NCBI GenBank assembly: GCA_009914755.4
Contig: CP086569.2
Location: forward strand, 29,760,001-29,824,000
Direction of reading: 5' to 3'
DNA length: 64,000 nt
From: the human T2T-CHM13v2.0 reference genome, Homo sapiens
Of the stretch, positions 42,718 to 56,997 are shown in pieces. The position numbers were made by a program, and so were the translations under genes. The notes under the pieces were generated by a model. That model made no database searches and had not been told where the DNA came from. It saw only the letters and a program-made list of their open reading frames with translations. Each line of letters begins with the position of its first letter. Within the stretch, counting starts at the first letter, position 1.

Positions 42718-45700
42718 TGAAATGGAATGGAATAGAAAGGAATGGAATGAAATGGAATGGAAAGGATTCGAATGGAATACAATCGAATGGAATGGAATCG
42801 AACGGAATGGAATAAAATGGAAGAAAAGTGGCAAGAAATGGAATCGAAATGAATGGAGTGTTATGGAACGGACTCAAAAGGAATTGAATGTAATAGAATG
42901 GAGTGGAGTGCACTCGAATATAATGGACTGGAATGGAATGAAATCACATGGAATGGGAACGAATGGAATGGAATGGAAAGGAATGGAATCGAATGGAAAG
43001 GAATCGAATGGAAGGGAATGAAATTGAATCAACAGGAATGGAAGGGAATAGAATAGACGGTAATGGAATGGACTCGAATAGAATGGACACGAATGCTCAA
43101 ATTGAATGGACTCGAATGGAATGGAAACGAAAGGAATGTCATCGAATGGAATTGAATCGATTGGAATGAAATCGCATAGAATGGAGTGGAATCAAATGGA
43201 ATTGAATCGAAAGGAAAGGAAGCAAATGGACTGAAATGAAATGGAATGGAATTGAATGGAAAGTAATGCAATGGAATAGAATGGAACGAAATTTCACGGA
43301 ATGGAATCAAACTGAATGGAATCAAATCAATGGAATCAAATCAAATGGAATGGAAAGGAATTGAATGGAGTAGATGGGATTGGATGGGATTGGAATGAAA
43401 TGTACTGGAAAGGACTCGAATTTCATGAAACGGAATGGAATGAATTGGAACGGAATGGACTCGAATGGAATGGAATGTCATGGAATGGCATCAAATGGAA
43501 TGGCATCAAATGGAATGGAATCGAATGCAATGGAATGCTATGGAATGGAATGGAATGCATTGGAATGGAATGTCCTCTAATGGAATGGATTCGAGTGGAA
43601 TGGAATCGAATATAATGGAGACGAATGAAATGGAATTGAAAGGAATGGGATCGAATACAATGGAATATACTGGAATGTAATGTAATGAACTCGAATGTAA
43701 TTGACTGGAATGGAATGTACATGAATGGAATGTAATCGAATGGAAAGTAATCCAATGGAATAGAATCTAATGCAATAAAATCGACTCAGATAGAGTAGAA
43801 TGTAATGGAATGGAGTGCAGTGCAATGGAATGGAATGGAATGGAATGGAATGGAATGGAATGGAACGGGATGGAATGGGATGGAATGGTATGGAATGGAT
43901 AGTAATGGACTGGAATGAAATGGACTGGAAAGGAATGGACTCAAATTGAAAGGGCTCGAAAGCAATGGAGTCAAATGGAATGGTCTGGAATGGAATGAAC
44001 ACGAATGTAATGCAATCCAATAGAATGGAATCGAATGGCATGGAATATAAAGAAATGGAATCGAAGAGAATGGAAACAAATGGAATGGAATTGAATGGAA
44101 TGGAATTGAATGGAATGGGAACGAATGGAGTGAAATTGTATGCAGTAGAAGGGAATAGAATGGAATGCAAGCGAAAGGAAAGGAATGGATTGGAATGGAA
44201 TGGAATTCATTGGAATGGAAGGGAATGTAGTGTAATGGACAGGCCTGGAATAAAGTGGAATGCTACGGTCTCGAATGGAATAAAAATGTATGGAATGGAA
44301 TGCAATGAAACGGAATCGAATGTCATAGAATGTAATGGAATGCAAAAAAACGGAATCCAAAATCATTGACTGGAAAGGCTGGGTGTTGAAAGGAATTGAC
44401 TCCAATGGAATGGAATCGAATGGAATGGAAGTGAATAGAATCGAACTAAATCGAATGGAATGGAATTGATAGGAACGGAATGGAAAGGAATGCAATGATT
44501 TGGCATGGAATGGAATCGAATGGCATCGAATGGAATGGAATGGAATGCAATGGAATGGAATGTATTAGAATGTAATGAACTTTAATGGAATGTACTCGAA
44601 TGGATTCGACTGGAATGGAATGTTCTGGAAGTGAATGGACTCCAATGGAATGGATTCAAAAGGAATGGAATCGTACGGAATGGAATCTAATGGAATGGAA
44701 TTAAATGGAAATGAATCAAATTGAATAGCACGGAATTGAATTGAATGGAATGGAATGCAATGGAATCTAATGAAACGGAAAGGAAAGGAATGGAATGGAA
44801 TGGAATGGGCTGGAATGGAAAGGAATCGAAACGAATGGAATGGAATCGAACTGAAGAGACTGGAATGGAATGCACTGGAATGGAAGGGAGTGTAATGGAG
44901 GTTCTCGAAAAAAATGGAATCGAATGGAATGCAATTGAATGGAACGGAATAGAGTCGAATGGAATTGAATGGAATGGAATGGACTAGAGTGAAATGGAAT
45001 CGAACCACAAGGAATGGACAGGAATAGAATGGTCTCGAATTGAATGGAATCGTATGGAATGGCATCAAACGGAATGGAATGGACAGCCACGGAATGGAAT
45101 GCACTCGAATGCAATGGAGTCGAAACTAACGGACTGGAATAGAATGGACTCGACTGGTACGGACTCCAATGGAATGGAATCGAATGGAAGGGAATCGAAC
45201 GGAAGGGAATCGAACGGAATGGACTCGAAGGGAAAAGACTGCAATGGAAAGGTCTCGAATGGAATGGAAATTAATGGAATGGAATGGAATCGAATGAAAT
45301 GGAGTCGAAAGGAATGGAATCGAATGGCAAGAAATCGAATGTAATGGAATCGCAAGGAATTGATGTGAACGGAACGGAATGGAATGGAATCCAAAGGAAT
45401 GGAATAGAATGGAATGGAATCGAATGGAAAGGACTCAAATGGAAATCACTCGAATAGAATGCAATTTAATAAAATAGGATCAAATGTAATGGAATGGAAT
45501 GGAAAGGAATCAAAACGAAAGGAATGGAGACAGATGGAATGGAATGGAACAGAGAGCAATGGTATAGAATGGAATGGAATCATCTAGAATGGAATTGAAT
45601 GGAATGGAATAATATGAAATGGAATGGAATGGAATGGAATGGAATGGAATGGAATGCCCTTGAATTAAATGGACTGGAATGGAATGGACTCGAAGAGAGT

Positions 45701-46290
45701 GGAATGGAAAGTGTTGAGATAGAATGGAATGGACTCCTTTGGAATGGTGTAGTATGCAATGCAATCGACTGGCAGGGAATCAAAAGGAATGTAATCGAAT
45801 GGATTGGACTGGAATGCGATGGACTCGAATAGATTGGAAACGGAATGCAAAGGAATGGAATGGAATAGTATGGAATGGAATGGAAAGGAATGGAGTGGAA
45901 TAGACTAGAGTGGAATGGAATGGACTGGAAAGCAATGGACTGGAATGGAACTTTCTTGAATGGACTGGAATCAAACGGAATGGAATGCAATGCAATCAAA
46001 TGGCATGGAATAAAATAGAATGAAAGAGAATCAAATGGAATTGAATCGAATGGAATCGAATGGATTGGAAAGGAATAGAATGGAATGGAATGGAATTGAC
46101 TCAAATGGAATGGACTAGAATGGAATGGATTCGAATGGAAGGCAAAGGAATGGAATCTATTGGAATGGACTGTAATGGAATGGAATGGAAGGGATTGGAA
46201 TGGACTCGAATGGAATGGACTGCAATAGAAAGGATTCGAATGGAATGAAAAAGAATTGAATGGAATAGAACAGAATGGAATCAAATCGAA
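42718..46290 (+). repeat. HOR unit 13 (3573 bp); member of the unit 13/14/17 sub-family (15-bp tandem duplication, taacggactgg variant)
   Basis: Anchor motif at 42718 and 46291; the duplication ggaagggaatcgaac x2 lies at 45186–45215. Confidence 0.9.
45186..45215 (+). repeat. 15-bp tandem duplication (ggaagggaatcgaac x2), specific to units 13, 14 and 17; the other copies are at 48760–48789 and 59467–59496
   Basis: The artefactual ORF is lengthened from 111 to 116 aa (NGRESNGRESNGMDSKG) in exactly these three units. Confidence 0.85.
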
Positions 46291-49200
46291 TGAAATGGAA
46301 TGGAATAGAAAGGAATGGAATGAAATGGAATGGAAAGGATTCGAATGGAATGCAATCGAATGGAATGGAATCGAACGGAATGGAATAAAATGGAAGAAAA
46401 CTGGCAAGAAATGGAATCGAAATGAATGGAGTGTTATGGAACGGACTCAAAAGGAATTGAATGTAATAGAATGGAGTGGAGTGGACTCGAATATAATGGA
46501 CTGGAATGGAATGAAATCACATGGAATGGGAACGAATGGAATGGAATGGAAAGGAATGGAATCGAATGGAAAGGAATCGAATGGAAGGGAATGAAATTGA
46601 ATCAACAGGAATGGAAGGGAATAGAATAGACGGTAATGGAATGGACTCGAATAGAATGGACACGAATGCTCAAATTGAATGGACTCGAATGGAATGGAAA
46701 CGAAAGGAATGTCATCGAATGGAATTGAATCGATTGGAATGAAATCGCATAGAATGGAGTGGAATCAAATGGAATTGAATCGAAAGGAAAGGAAGCGAAT
46801 GGACTGAAATGAAATGGAATGGAATTGAATGGAAAGTAATGCAATGGAATAGAATGGAACGAAATTTCACGGAATGGAATCAAACTGAATGGAATCAAAT
46901 CAATGGAATCAAATCAAATGGAATGGAAAGGAATTGAATGGAGTAGATTGGATTGGATGGGATTGGAATGAAATGTACTGGAAAGGACTCGAATTTCATG
47001 AAACGGAATGGAATGAATTGGAACGGAATGGACTCGAATGGAATGGAATGTCATGGAATGGCATCAAATGGAATGGCATCAAATGGAATGGAATCGAATG
47101 CAATGGAATGCTATGGAATGGAATGGAATGCATTGGAATGGAATGTCCTCTAATGGAATGGATTCGAGTGGAATGGAATCGAATATAATGGAGTCGAATG
47201 AAATGGAATTGAAAGGAATGGGATCGAATACAATGGAATATACTGGAATGTAATGTAATGAACTCGAATGTAATTGACTGGAATGGAATGTACATGAATG
47301 GAATGTAATCGAATGGAAAGTAATCCAATGGAATAGAATGTAATGCAATAAAATCGACTCAGATAGAGTAGAATGTAATGGAATGGAGTGCAGTGCAATG
47401 GAATGGAATGGAATGGAATGGAATGGAATGGAATGGAATGGGATGGAATGGGATGGAATGGTATGGAATGGATAGTAATGGACTGGAATGAAATGGACTG
47501 GAAAGGAATGGACTCAAATTGAAAGGGCTCGAAAGCAATGGAGTCAAATGGAATGGTCTGGAATGGAATGAACACGAATGTAATGCAATCCAATAGAATG
47601 GAATCGAATGGCATGGAATATAAAGAAATGGAATCGAAGAGAATGGAAACAAATGGAATGGAATTGAATGGAATGGAATTGAATGGAATGGGAACGAATG
47701 GAGTGAAATTGTATGCAGTAGAAGGGAATAGAATGGAATGCAAGCGAAAGGAAAGGAATGGATTGGAATGGAATGGAATTCATTGGAATGGAAGGGAATG
47801 TAGTGTAATGGACAGGCCTGGAATAAAGTGGAATGCTACGGTCTCGAATGGAATAAAAATGTATGGAATGGAATGCAATGAAACGGAATCGAATGTCATA
47901 GAATGTAATGGAATGCAAAAAAACGGAATCCAAAATCATTGACTGGAAAGGCTGGGTGTTGAAAGGAATTGACTCCAATGGAATGGAATCGAATGGAATG
48001 GAAGTGAATAGAATCGAACTAAATCGAATGGAATGGAATTGATAGGAACGGAATGGAAAGGAATGCAATGATTTGGCATGGAATGGAATCGAATGGCATC
48101 GAATGGAATGGAATGGAATGCAATGGAATGGAATGTATTAGAATGTAATGAACTTTAATGGAATGTACTCGAATGGATTCGACTGGAATGGAATGTTCTG
48201 GAAGTGAATGGACTCCAATGGAATGGATTCAAAAGGAATGGAATCGTACGGAATGGAATCTAATGGAATGGAATTAAATGGAAATGAATCAAATTGAATA
48301 GCACGGAATTGAATTGAATGGAATGGAATGCAATGGAATCTAATGAAACGGAAAGGAAAGGAATGGAATGGAATGGAATGGGCTGGAATGGAAAGGAATC
48401 GAAACGAATGGAATGGAATCGAACTGAAGAGACTGGAATGCAATGCACTGGAATGGAAGGGAGTGTAATGGAAGGTTCTCGAAAAAAATGGAATCGAATG
48501 GAATGCAATTGAATGGAACGGAATAGAGTCGAATGGAATTGAATGGAATGGAATGGACTAGAGTGAAATGGAATCGAACCACAAGGAATGGACAGGAATA
48601 GAATGGTCTCGAATTGAATGGAATCGTATGGAATGGCATCAAACGGAATGGAATGGACAGCCACGGAATGGAATGCACTCGAATGCAATGGAGTCGAAAC
48701 TAACGGACTGGAATAGAATGGACTCGACTGGTACGGACTCCAATGGAATGGAATCGAATGGAAGGGAATCGAACGGAAGGGAATCGAACGGAATGGACTC
48801 GAAGGGAAAAGACTGCAATGGAAAGGTCTCGAATGGAATGGAAATTAATGGAATGGAATGGAATCGAATGAAATGGAGTCAAAAGGAATGGAATCGAATG
48901 GCAAGAAATCGAATGTAATGGAATCGCAAGGAATTGATGTGAACGGAACGGAATGGAATGGAATCCAAAGGAATGGAATAGAATGGAATGGAATCGAATG
49001 GAAAGGACTCAAATGGAAATCACTCGAATAGAATGCAATTTAATAAAATAGGATCAAATGTAATGGAATGGAATGGAAAGGAATCAAAACGAAAGGAATG
49101 GAGACAGATGGAATGGAATGGAACAGAGAGCAATGGTATAGAATGGAATGGAATCATCTAGAATGGAATTGAATGGAATGGAATAATATGAAATGGAATG

Positions 49201-49859
49201 GAATGGAATGGAATGGAATGGAATGCCCTTGAATTAAATGGACTGGAATGGAATGGACTCGAAGAGAGTGGAATGGAAAGTGTTGAGATAGAATGGAATG
49301 GACTCCTTTGGAATGGTGTAGTATGCAATGCAATCGACTGGCAGGGAATCAAAAGGAATGTAATCGAATGGATTGGACTGGAATGCGATGGACTCGAATA
49401 GATTGGAAACGGAATGCAAAGGAATGGAATGGAATAGTATGGAATGGAATGGAAAGGAATGGAGTGGAATAGACTAGAGTGGAATGGAATGGACTGGAAA
49501 GCAATGGACTGGAGTGGAACTTTCTTGAATGGACTGGAATCAAACGGAATGGAATGCAATGCAATCAAATGGCATGGAATAAAATAGAATGAAAGAGAAT
49601 CAAATGGAATTGAATCGAATGGAATCGAATGGATTGGAAAGGAATAGAATGGAATGGAATGGAATTGACTCAAATGGAATGGACTAGAATGGAATGGATT
49701 CGAATGGAAGGCAAAGGAATGGAATCTATTGGAATGGACTGTAATGGAATGGAATGGAAGGGATTGGAATGGACTCGAATGGAATGGACTGCAATAGAAA
49801 GGATTCGAATGGAATGAAAAAGAATTGAATGGAATAGAACAGAATGGAATCAAATCGAA
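46291..49859 (+). repeat. HOR unit 14 (3569 bp); unit 13/14/17 sub-family
   Basis: Anchor motif at 46291 and 49860; the 15-bp duplication lies at 48760–48789. Confidence 0.9.
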
Positions 49860-52800
49860 TGAAATGGAATGGAATAGAAAGGAATGGAATGAAATGGAAT
49901 GGAAAGGATTCGAATGGAATGCAATCGAATGGAATGGAATCGAACGGAATGGAATAAAATGGAAGAAAACTGGCAAGAAATGGAATCGAAATGAATGGAG
50001 TGTTATGGAACGGACTCAAAAGGAATTGAATGTAATAGAATGGAGTGGAGTGGACTCGAATATAATGGACTGGAATGGAATGAAATCACATGGAATGGGA
50101 ACGAATGGAATGGAATGGAAAGGAATGGAATCGAATAGAAAGGAATCGAATGGAAGGGAATGAAATTGAATCAACAGGAATGGAAGGGAATAGAATAGAC
50201 GGTAATGGAATGGACTCGAATAGAATGGACACGAATGCTCAAATTGAATGGACTCGAATGGAATGGAAACGAAAGGAATGTCATCGAATGGAATTGAATC
50301 GATTGGAATGAAGTCGCATAGAATGGAGTGGAATCAAATGGAATTGAATCGAAAAGAAAGGAAGCAAATGGACTGAAATGAAATGGAATGGAATTGAATG
50401 GAAAGTAATGCAATGGAATAGAATGGAACGAAATTTCACGGAATGGAATCAAACTGAATGGAATCAAATCAATGGAATCAAATCAAATGGAATGGAAAGG
50501 AATTGAATGGAGTAGATTGGATTGGATGGGATTGGAATGAAATGTACTGGAAAGGACTCGAATTTCATGAAACGGAATGGAATGAATTGGAACGGAATGG
50601 ACTCGAATGGAATGGAATGTCATGGAATGGCATCAAATGGAATGGCATCAAATGGAATGGAATCGAATGCAATGGAATGCTATGGAATGGAATGGAATGC
50701 ATTGGAATGGAATGTCCTCTAATGGAATGGATTCGAGTGGAATGGAATCGAATATAATGGAGTCGAATGAAATGGAATTGAAAGGAATGGGATCGAATAC
50801 AATGGAATATACTGGAATGTAATGTAATGAACTCGAATGTAATTGACTGGAATGGAATGTACATGAATGGAATGTAATCGAATGGAAAGTAATCCAATGG
50901 AATAGAATCTAATGCAATAAAATCGACTCAGATAGAGTAGAATGTAATGGAATGGAGTGCAGTGCAATGGAATGGAATGGAATGGAATGCAATGGAATGG
51001 AATGGAATGGAATGGAATGGAATGGGATGGAATGGGATGGAATGGTATGGAATGGATAGTAATGGACTGGAGTGAAATGGACTGGAAAGGAATGGACTCA
51101 AATTGAAAGGGCTCGAAAGGAATGGAGTCAAATGGAATGGTCTGGAATGGAATGAACACGAATGTAATGCAATCCAATAGAATGGAATCGAATGGCATGG
51201 AATATAAAGAAATGGAATCGAAGAGAATGGAAACAAATGGAATGGAATTGAATGGAATGGAATTGAATGGAATGGGAACGAATGGAGTGAAATTGTATGC
51301 AGTAGAAGGGAATAGAATGGAATGCAAGCGAAAGGAAAGGAATGGATTGGAATGGAATGGAATTCATTGGAATGGAAGGGAATGTAGTGTAATGGACAGG
51401 CCTGGAATAAAGTGGAATGCTACGGTCTCGAATGGAATAAAAATGTATGGAATGGAATGCAATGAAACGGAATCGAATGTCATAGAATGTAATGGAATGC
51501 AAAAAAATGGAATCCAAAATCATTGACTGGAAAGGCTGGGTGTCGAAAGGAATTGACTCCAATGGAATGGAATTGAATGGAATGGAAGTGAATAGAATCG
51601 AACTAAATCGAATGGAATGGAATTGATAGGAACGGAATGGAAAGGAATGCAATGATTTGGCATGGAATGGAATCGAATGGCATCGAATGGAATGGAATGC
51701 AATGCAATGGAATGGAATGTATTAGAATGTAATGAACTTTAATGGAATGTACTCGAATGGATTCGACTGGAATGGAATGTTCTGGAAGTGAATGGACTCC
51801 AATGGAATGGATTCAAAAGGAATGGAATCGTACGGAATGGAATCTAATGGAATGGAATTAAATGGAAATGAATCAAATTGAATAGCACGGAATTGAATGG
51901 AATGGAATGGAATGCAATGGAATCTAATGATACGGAAAGGAAAGGAATGGAATGGAATGGAATGGGCTGGAATGGAAAGGAATCGAAACGAATGGAATGG
52001 AATCGAACTGAAGAGACTGGAATGGAATGCACTGGAATGGAAGGGAGTGTAATGGAAGGTTCTCGAAAAAAATGGAATCGAATGGAATGGAATGGAATGG
52101 AACGGAATAGAGTCGAATGGAATTGAATGGAATGGAATGGACTAGAGTGAAATGGAATCGAACCACAAGGAATGGACAGGAATAGAATGGTCTCGAATTG
52201 AATGGAATCGTATGGAATGGCATCAAACGGAATGGAATGGACAGCCACGGAATGGAATGCACTCGAATGCAATGGAGTCGAAACTAATGGACTGGAATAG
52301 AATGGACTCGACTGGTACGGACTCCAATGGAATGGAATCGAATGGAAGGGAATCGAACGGAATGGACTCGAAGGGAAAAGACTGCAATGGAAAGGTCTCG
52401 AATGGAATGGAAATTAATGGAATGGAATGGAATCGAATGAAATGGAGGCAAAAGGAATGGAATCGAATGGCAAGAAATCGAATGTAATGGAATCGCAAGG
52501 AATTGATGTGAACGGAACGGAATGGAATGGAATCCAAAGGAATGGAATAGAATGGAATGGAATCGAATGGAAAGGACTCAAATGGAAATCACTCGAATAG
52601 AATGCAATTTAATAAAATAGGATCAAATGTAATGGAATGGAATGGAAAGGAATCGAAACGAAAGGAATGGAGACAGATGGAATGGAATGGAACAGAGAGC
52701 AATGGTATAGAATGGAATGGAATCATCTAGAATGGAATTGAATGGAATGGAATAATATGAAATGGAATGGAATGGAATGGAATGGAATGGAATGGAATGC

Positions 52801-53433
52801 CCTTGAATTAAATGGACTGGAATGGAATGGACTCGAAGAGAGTGGAATGGAAAGTGTTGAGATAGAATGGAATGGACTCCTTTGGAATGGTGTAGTATGC
52901 AATGCAATCGACTGGCAGGGAATCAAAAGGAATGTAATCGAATGGATTGGACTGGAATGCGATGGACTCGAATAGATTGGAAACGGAATGCAAAGGAATG
53001 GAATGGAATAGTATGGAATGGAATGGAAAGGAATGGAGTGGAATAGACTAGAGTGGAATGGAATGGACTGGAAAGCAATGGACTGGAATGGAACTTTCTT
53101 GAATGGACTGGAATCAAACGGAATGGAATGCAATGCAATCAAATGGCATGGAATAAAATAGAATGAAAGAGAATCAAATGGAATTGAATCGAATGGAATC
53201 GAATGGATTGGAAAGGAATAGAATGGAATGGAATGGAATTGACTCAAATGGAATGGACTAGAATGGAATGGATTCGAATGGAAGGCAAATGAATGGAATC
53301 TATTGGAATGGACTGTAATGGAATGGAATGGAAGGGATTGGAATGGACTCGAATGGAATGGACTGCAATAGAAAGGATTGGAATGGAATGAAAAAGAATT
53401 GAATGGAATAGAACAGAATGGAATCAAATCGAA
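49860..53433 (+). repeat. HOR unit 15 (3574 bp)
   Basis: Anchor motif at 49860 and 53434. Confidence 0.9.
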
Positions 53434-56400
53434 TGAAATGGAATGGAATAGAAAGGAATGGAATGAAATGGAATGGAAAGGATTCGAATGGAATGCAATC
53501 GAATGGAATGGAATCGAACGGAATGGAATAAAATGGAAGAAAACTGGCAAGAAATGGAATCGAAATGAATAGAGTGTTATGGAACGGACTCAAAAGGAAT
53601 TGAATGTAATAGAATGGAGTGGAGTGGACTCGAATATAATGGACTGGAATGGAATGAAATCACATGGAATGGGAACGAATGGAATGGAATGGAAAGGAAT
53701 GGAATCGAATGGAAAGGAATCGAATGGAAGGGAATGAAATTGAATCAACAGGAATGGAAGGGAATAGAATAGACGGTAATGGAATGGACTCGAATAGAAT
53801 GGACACGAATGCTCAAATTGAATGGACTCGAATGGAATGGAAACGAAAGGAATGTCATCGAATGGAATTGAATCGATTGGAATGAAATCGCATAGAATGG
53901 AGTGGAATCAAATGGAATTGAATCGAAAGGAAAGGAAGCGAATGGACTGAAATGAAATGGAATGGAATTGAATGGAAAGTAATGCAATGGAATAGAATGG
54001 AACGAAATTTCACGGAATGGAATCAAACTGAATGGAATCAAATCAATGGAATCAAATCAAATGGAATGGAAAGGAATTGAATGGAGTAGATTGGATTGGA
54101 TGGGATTGGAATGAAATGTACTGGAAAGGACTCGAATTTCATAAAACGGAATGGAATGAATTGGAACGGAATGGACTCGAATGGAATGGAATGTCATGGA
54201 ATGGCATCAAATGGAATGGCATCAAATGGAATGGAATCGAATGCAATGGAATGCTATGGAATGGAATGGAATGCATTGGAATGGAATGTCCTCTAATGGA
54301 ATGGATTCGAGTGGAATGGAATCGAATATAATGGAGTCGAATGAAATGGAATTGAAAGGAATGGGATCGAATACAATGGAATATACTGGAATGTAATGTA
54401 ATGAACTCGAATGTAATTGACTGGAATGGAATGTACATGAATGGAATGTAATCGAATGGAAAGTAATCCAATGGAATAGAATCTAATGCAATAAAATCGA
54501 CTCAGATAGAGTAGAATGTAATGGAATGGAGTGCAGTGCAATGGAATGGAATGGAATGGAATGCAATGGAATGGAATGGAATGGAATGGAATGGAATGGA
54601 ATGGGATGGAATGGGATGGAATGGTATGGAATGGATAGTAATGGACTGGAGTGAAATGGACTGGAAAGGAATGGACTCAAATTGAAAGGGCTCGAAAGCA
54701 ATGGAGTCAAATGGAATGGTCTGGAATGGAATGAACACGAATGTAATGCAATCCGATAGAATGGAATCGAATGGCATGGAATATAAAGAAATGGAATCGA
54801 AGAGAATGGAAACAAATGGAATGGAATTGAATGGAATGGAATTGAATGGAATGGGAACGAATGGAGTGAAATTGTATGCAGTAGAAGGGAATAGAATGGA
54901 ATGCAAGCGAAAGGAAAGGAATGGATTGGAATGGAATGGAATTCATTGGAATGGAAGGGAATGTAGTGTAATGGACAGGCCTGGAATAAAGTGGAATGCT
55001 ACGGTCTCGAATGGAATAAAAATGTATGGAATGGAATGCAATGAAACGGAATCGAATGTCATAGAATGTAATGGAATGCAAAAAAATGGAATCCAAAATC
55101 ATTGACTGGAAAGGCTGGGTGTCGAAAGGAATTGACCCCAATGGAATGGAATCGAATGGAATGGAAGTGAATAGAATCGAACTAAATCGAATGGAATGGA
55201 ATTGATAGGAACGGAATGGAAAGGAATGCAATGATTTGGCATGGAATGGAATCGAATGGCATCGAATGGAATGGAATGGAATGCAATGGAATGGAATGTA
55301 TTAGAATGTAATGAACTTTAATGGAATGTACTCGAATGGATTCGACTGGAATGGAATGTTCTGGAAGTGAATGGACTCCAATGGAATGGATTCCAAAGGA
55401 ATGGAATCGTACGGAATGGAATCTAATGGAATGGAATTAAATGGAAATGAATCAAATTGAATAGCACGGAATTGAATTGAATGGAATGGAATGCAATGGA
55501 ATCTAATGAAACGGAAAGGAAAGGAATGGAATGGAATGGAATGGGCTGGAATGGAAAGGAATCGAAACGAATGGAATGGAATCGAACTGAAGAGACTGGA
55601 ATGGAATGCACTGGAATGGAAGGGAGTGTAATGGAAGGTTCTCGAAAAAAATGGAATCGAATGGAATGGAATTGAATGGAACGGAATAGAGTCGAATGGA
55701 ATTGAATGGAATGGAATGGACTAGAGTGAAATGGAATCGAACCAAAAGGAATGGACAGGAATAGAATGGTCTCGAATTGAATGGAATCGTATGGAATGGC
55801 ATCAAACGGAATGGAATGGACAGCCACGGAATGGAATGCACTCGAATGCAATGGAGTCGAAACTAATGGACTGGAATAGAATGGACTCGACTGGTACGGA
55901 CTCCAATGGAATGGAATCGAATGGAAGGGAATCGAACGGAATGGACTCGAAGGGAAAAGACTGCAATGGAAAGGTCTCGAATGGAATGGAAATTAATGGA
56001 ATGGAATGGAATCGAATGAAATGGAGTCAAAAGGAATGGAATCGAATGGCAAGAAATCGAATGTAATGGAATCGCAAGGAATTGATGTGAACGGAACGGA
56101 ATGGAATGGAATCCAAAGGAATGGAATAGAATGGAATGGAATCGAATGGAAAGGACTCAAATGGAAATCACTCGAATAGAATGCAATTTAATAAAATAGG
56201 ATCAAATGTAATGGAATGGAATGGAAAGGAATCGAAACGAAAGGAATGGAGACAGATGGAATGGAATGGAACAGAGAGCAATGGTATAGAATGGAATGGA
56301 ATCATCTAGAATGGAATTGAATGGAATGGAATAATATGAAATGGAATGGAATGGAATGGAATGCCCTTGAATTAAATGGACTGGAATGGAATGGACTCGA

Positions 56401-56997
56401 AGAGAGTGGAATGGAAAGTGTTGAGATAGAATGGAATGGACTCCTTTGGAATGGTGTAGTATGCAATGCAATCGACTGGCAGGGAATCAAAAGGAATGTA
56501 ATCGAATGGATTGGACTGGAATGCGATGGACTCGAATAGTTTGGAAACGGAATGCAAAGGAATGGAATGGAATAGTATGGAATGGAATGGAAAGGAATGG
56601 AGTGGAATAGACTAGAGTGGAATGGAATGGACTGGAAAGCAATGGACTGGAATGGAACTTTCTTGAATGGACTGGAATCAAACGGAATGGAATGCAATGC
56701 AATCAAATGGCATGGAATAAAATAGAATGAAAGAGAATCAAATGGAATTGAATCGAATGGAATCGAATGGATTGGAAAGGAATAGAATGGAATGGAATGG
56801 AATTGACTCAAATGGAATGGACTAGAATGGAATGGATTCGAATGGAAGGCAAAGGAATGGAATCTATTGGAATGGACTGTAATGGAATGGAATGGAAGGG
56901 ATTGGAATGGACTCGAATGGAATGGACTGCAATAGAAAGGATTCGAATGGAATGAAAAAGAATTGAATGGAATAGAACAGAATGGAATCAAATCGAA
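53434..56997 (+). repeat. HOR unit 16 (3564 bp)
   Basis: Anchor motif at 53434 and 56998. Confidence 0.9.
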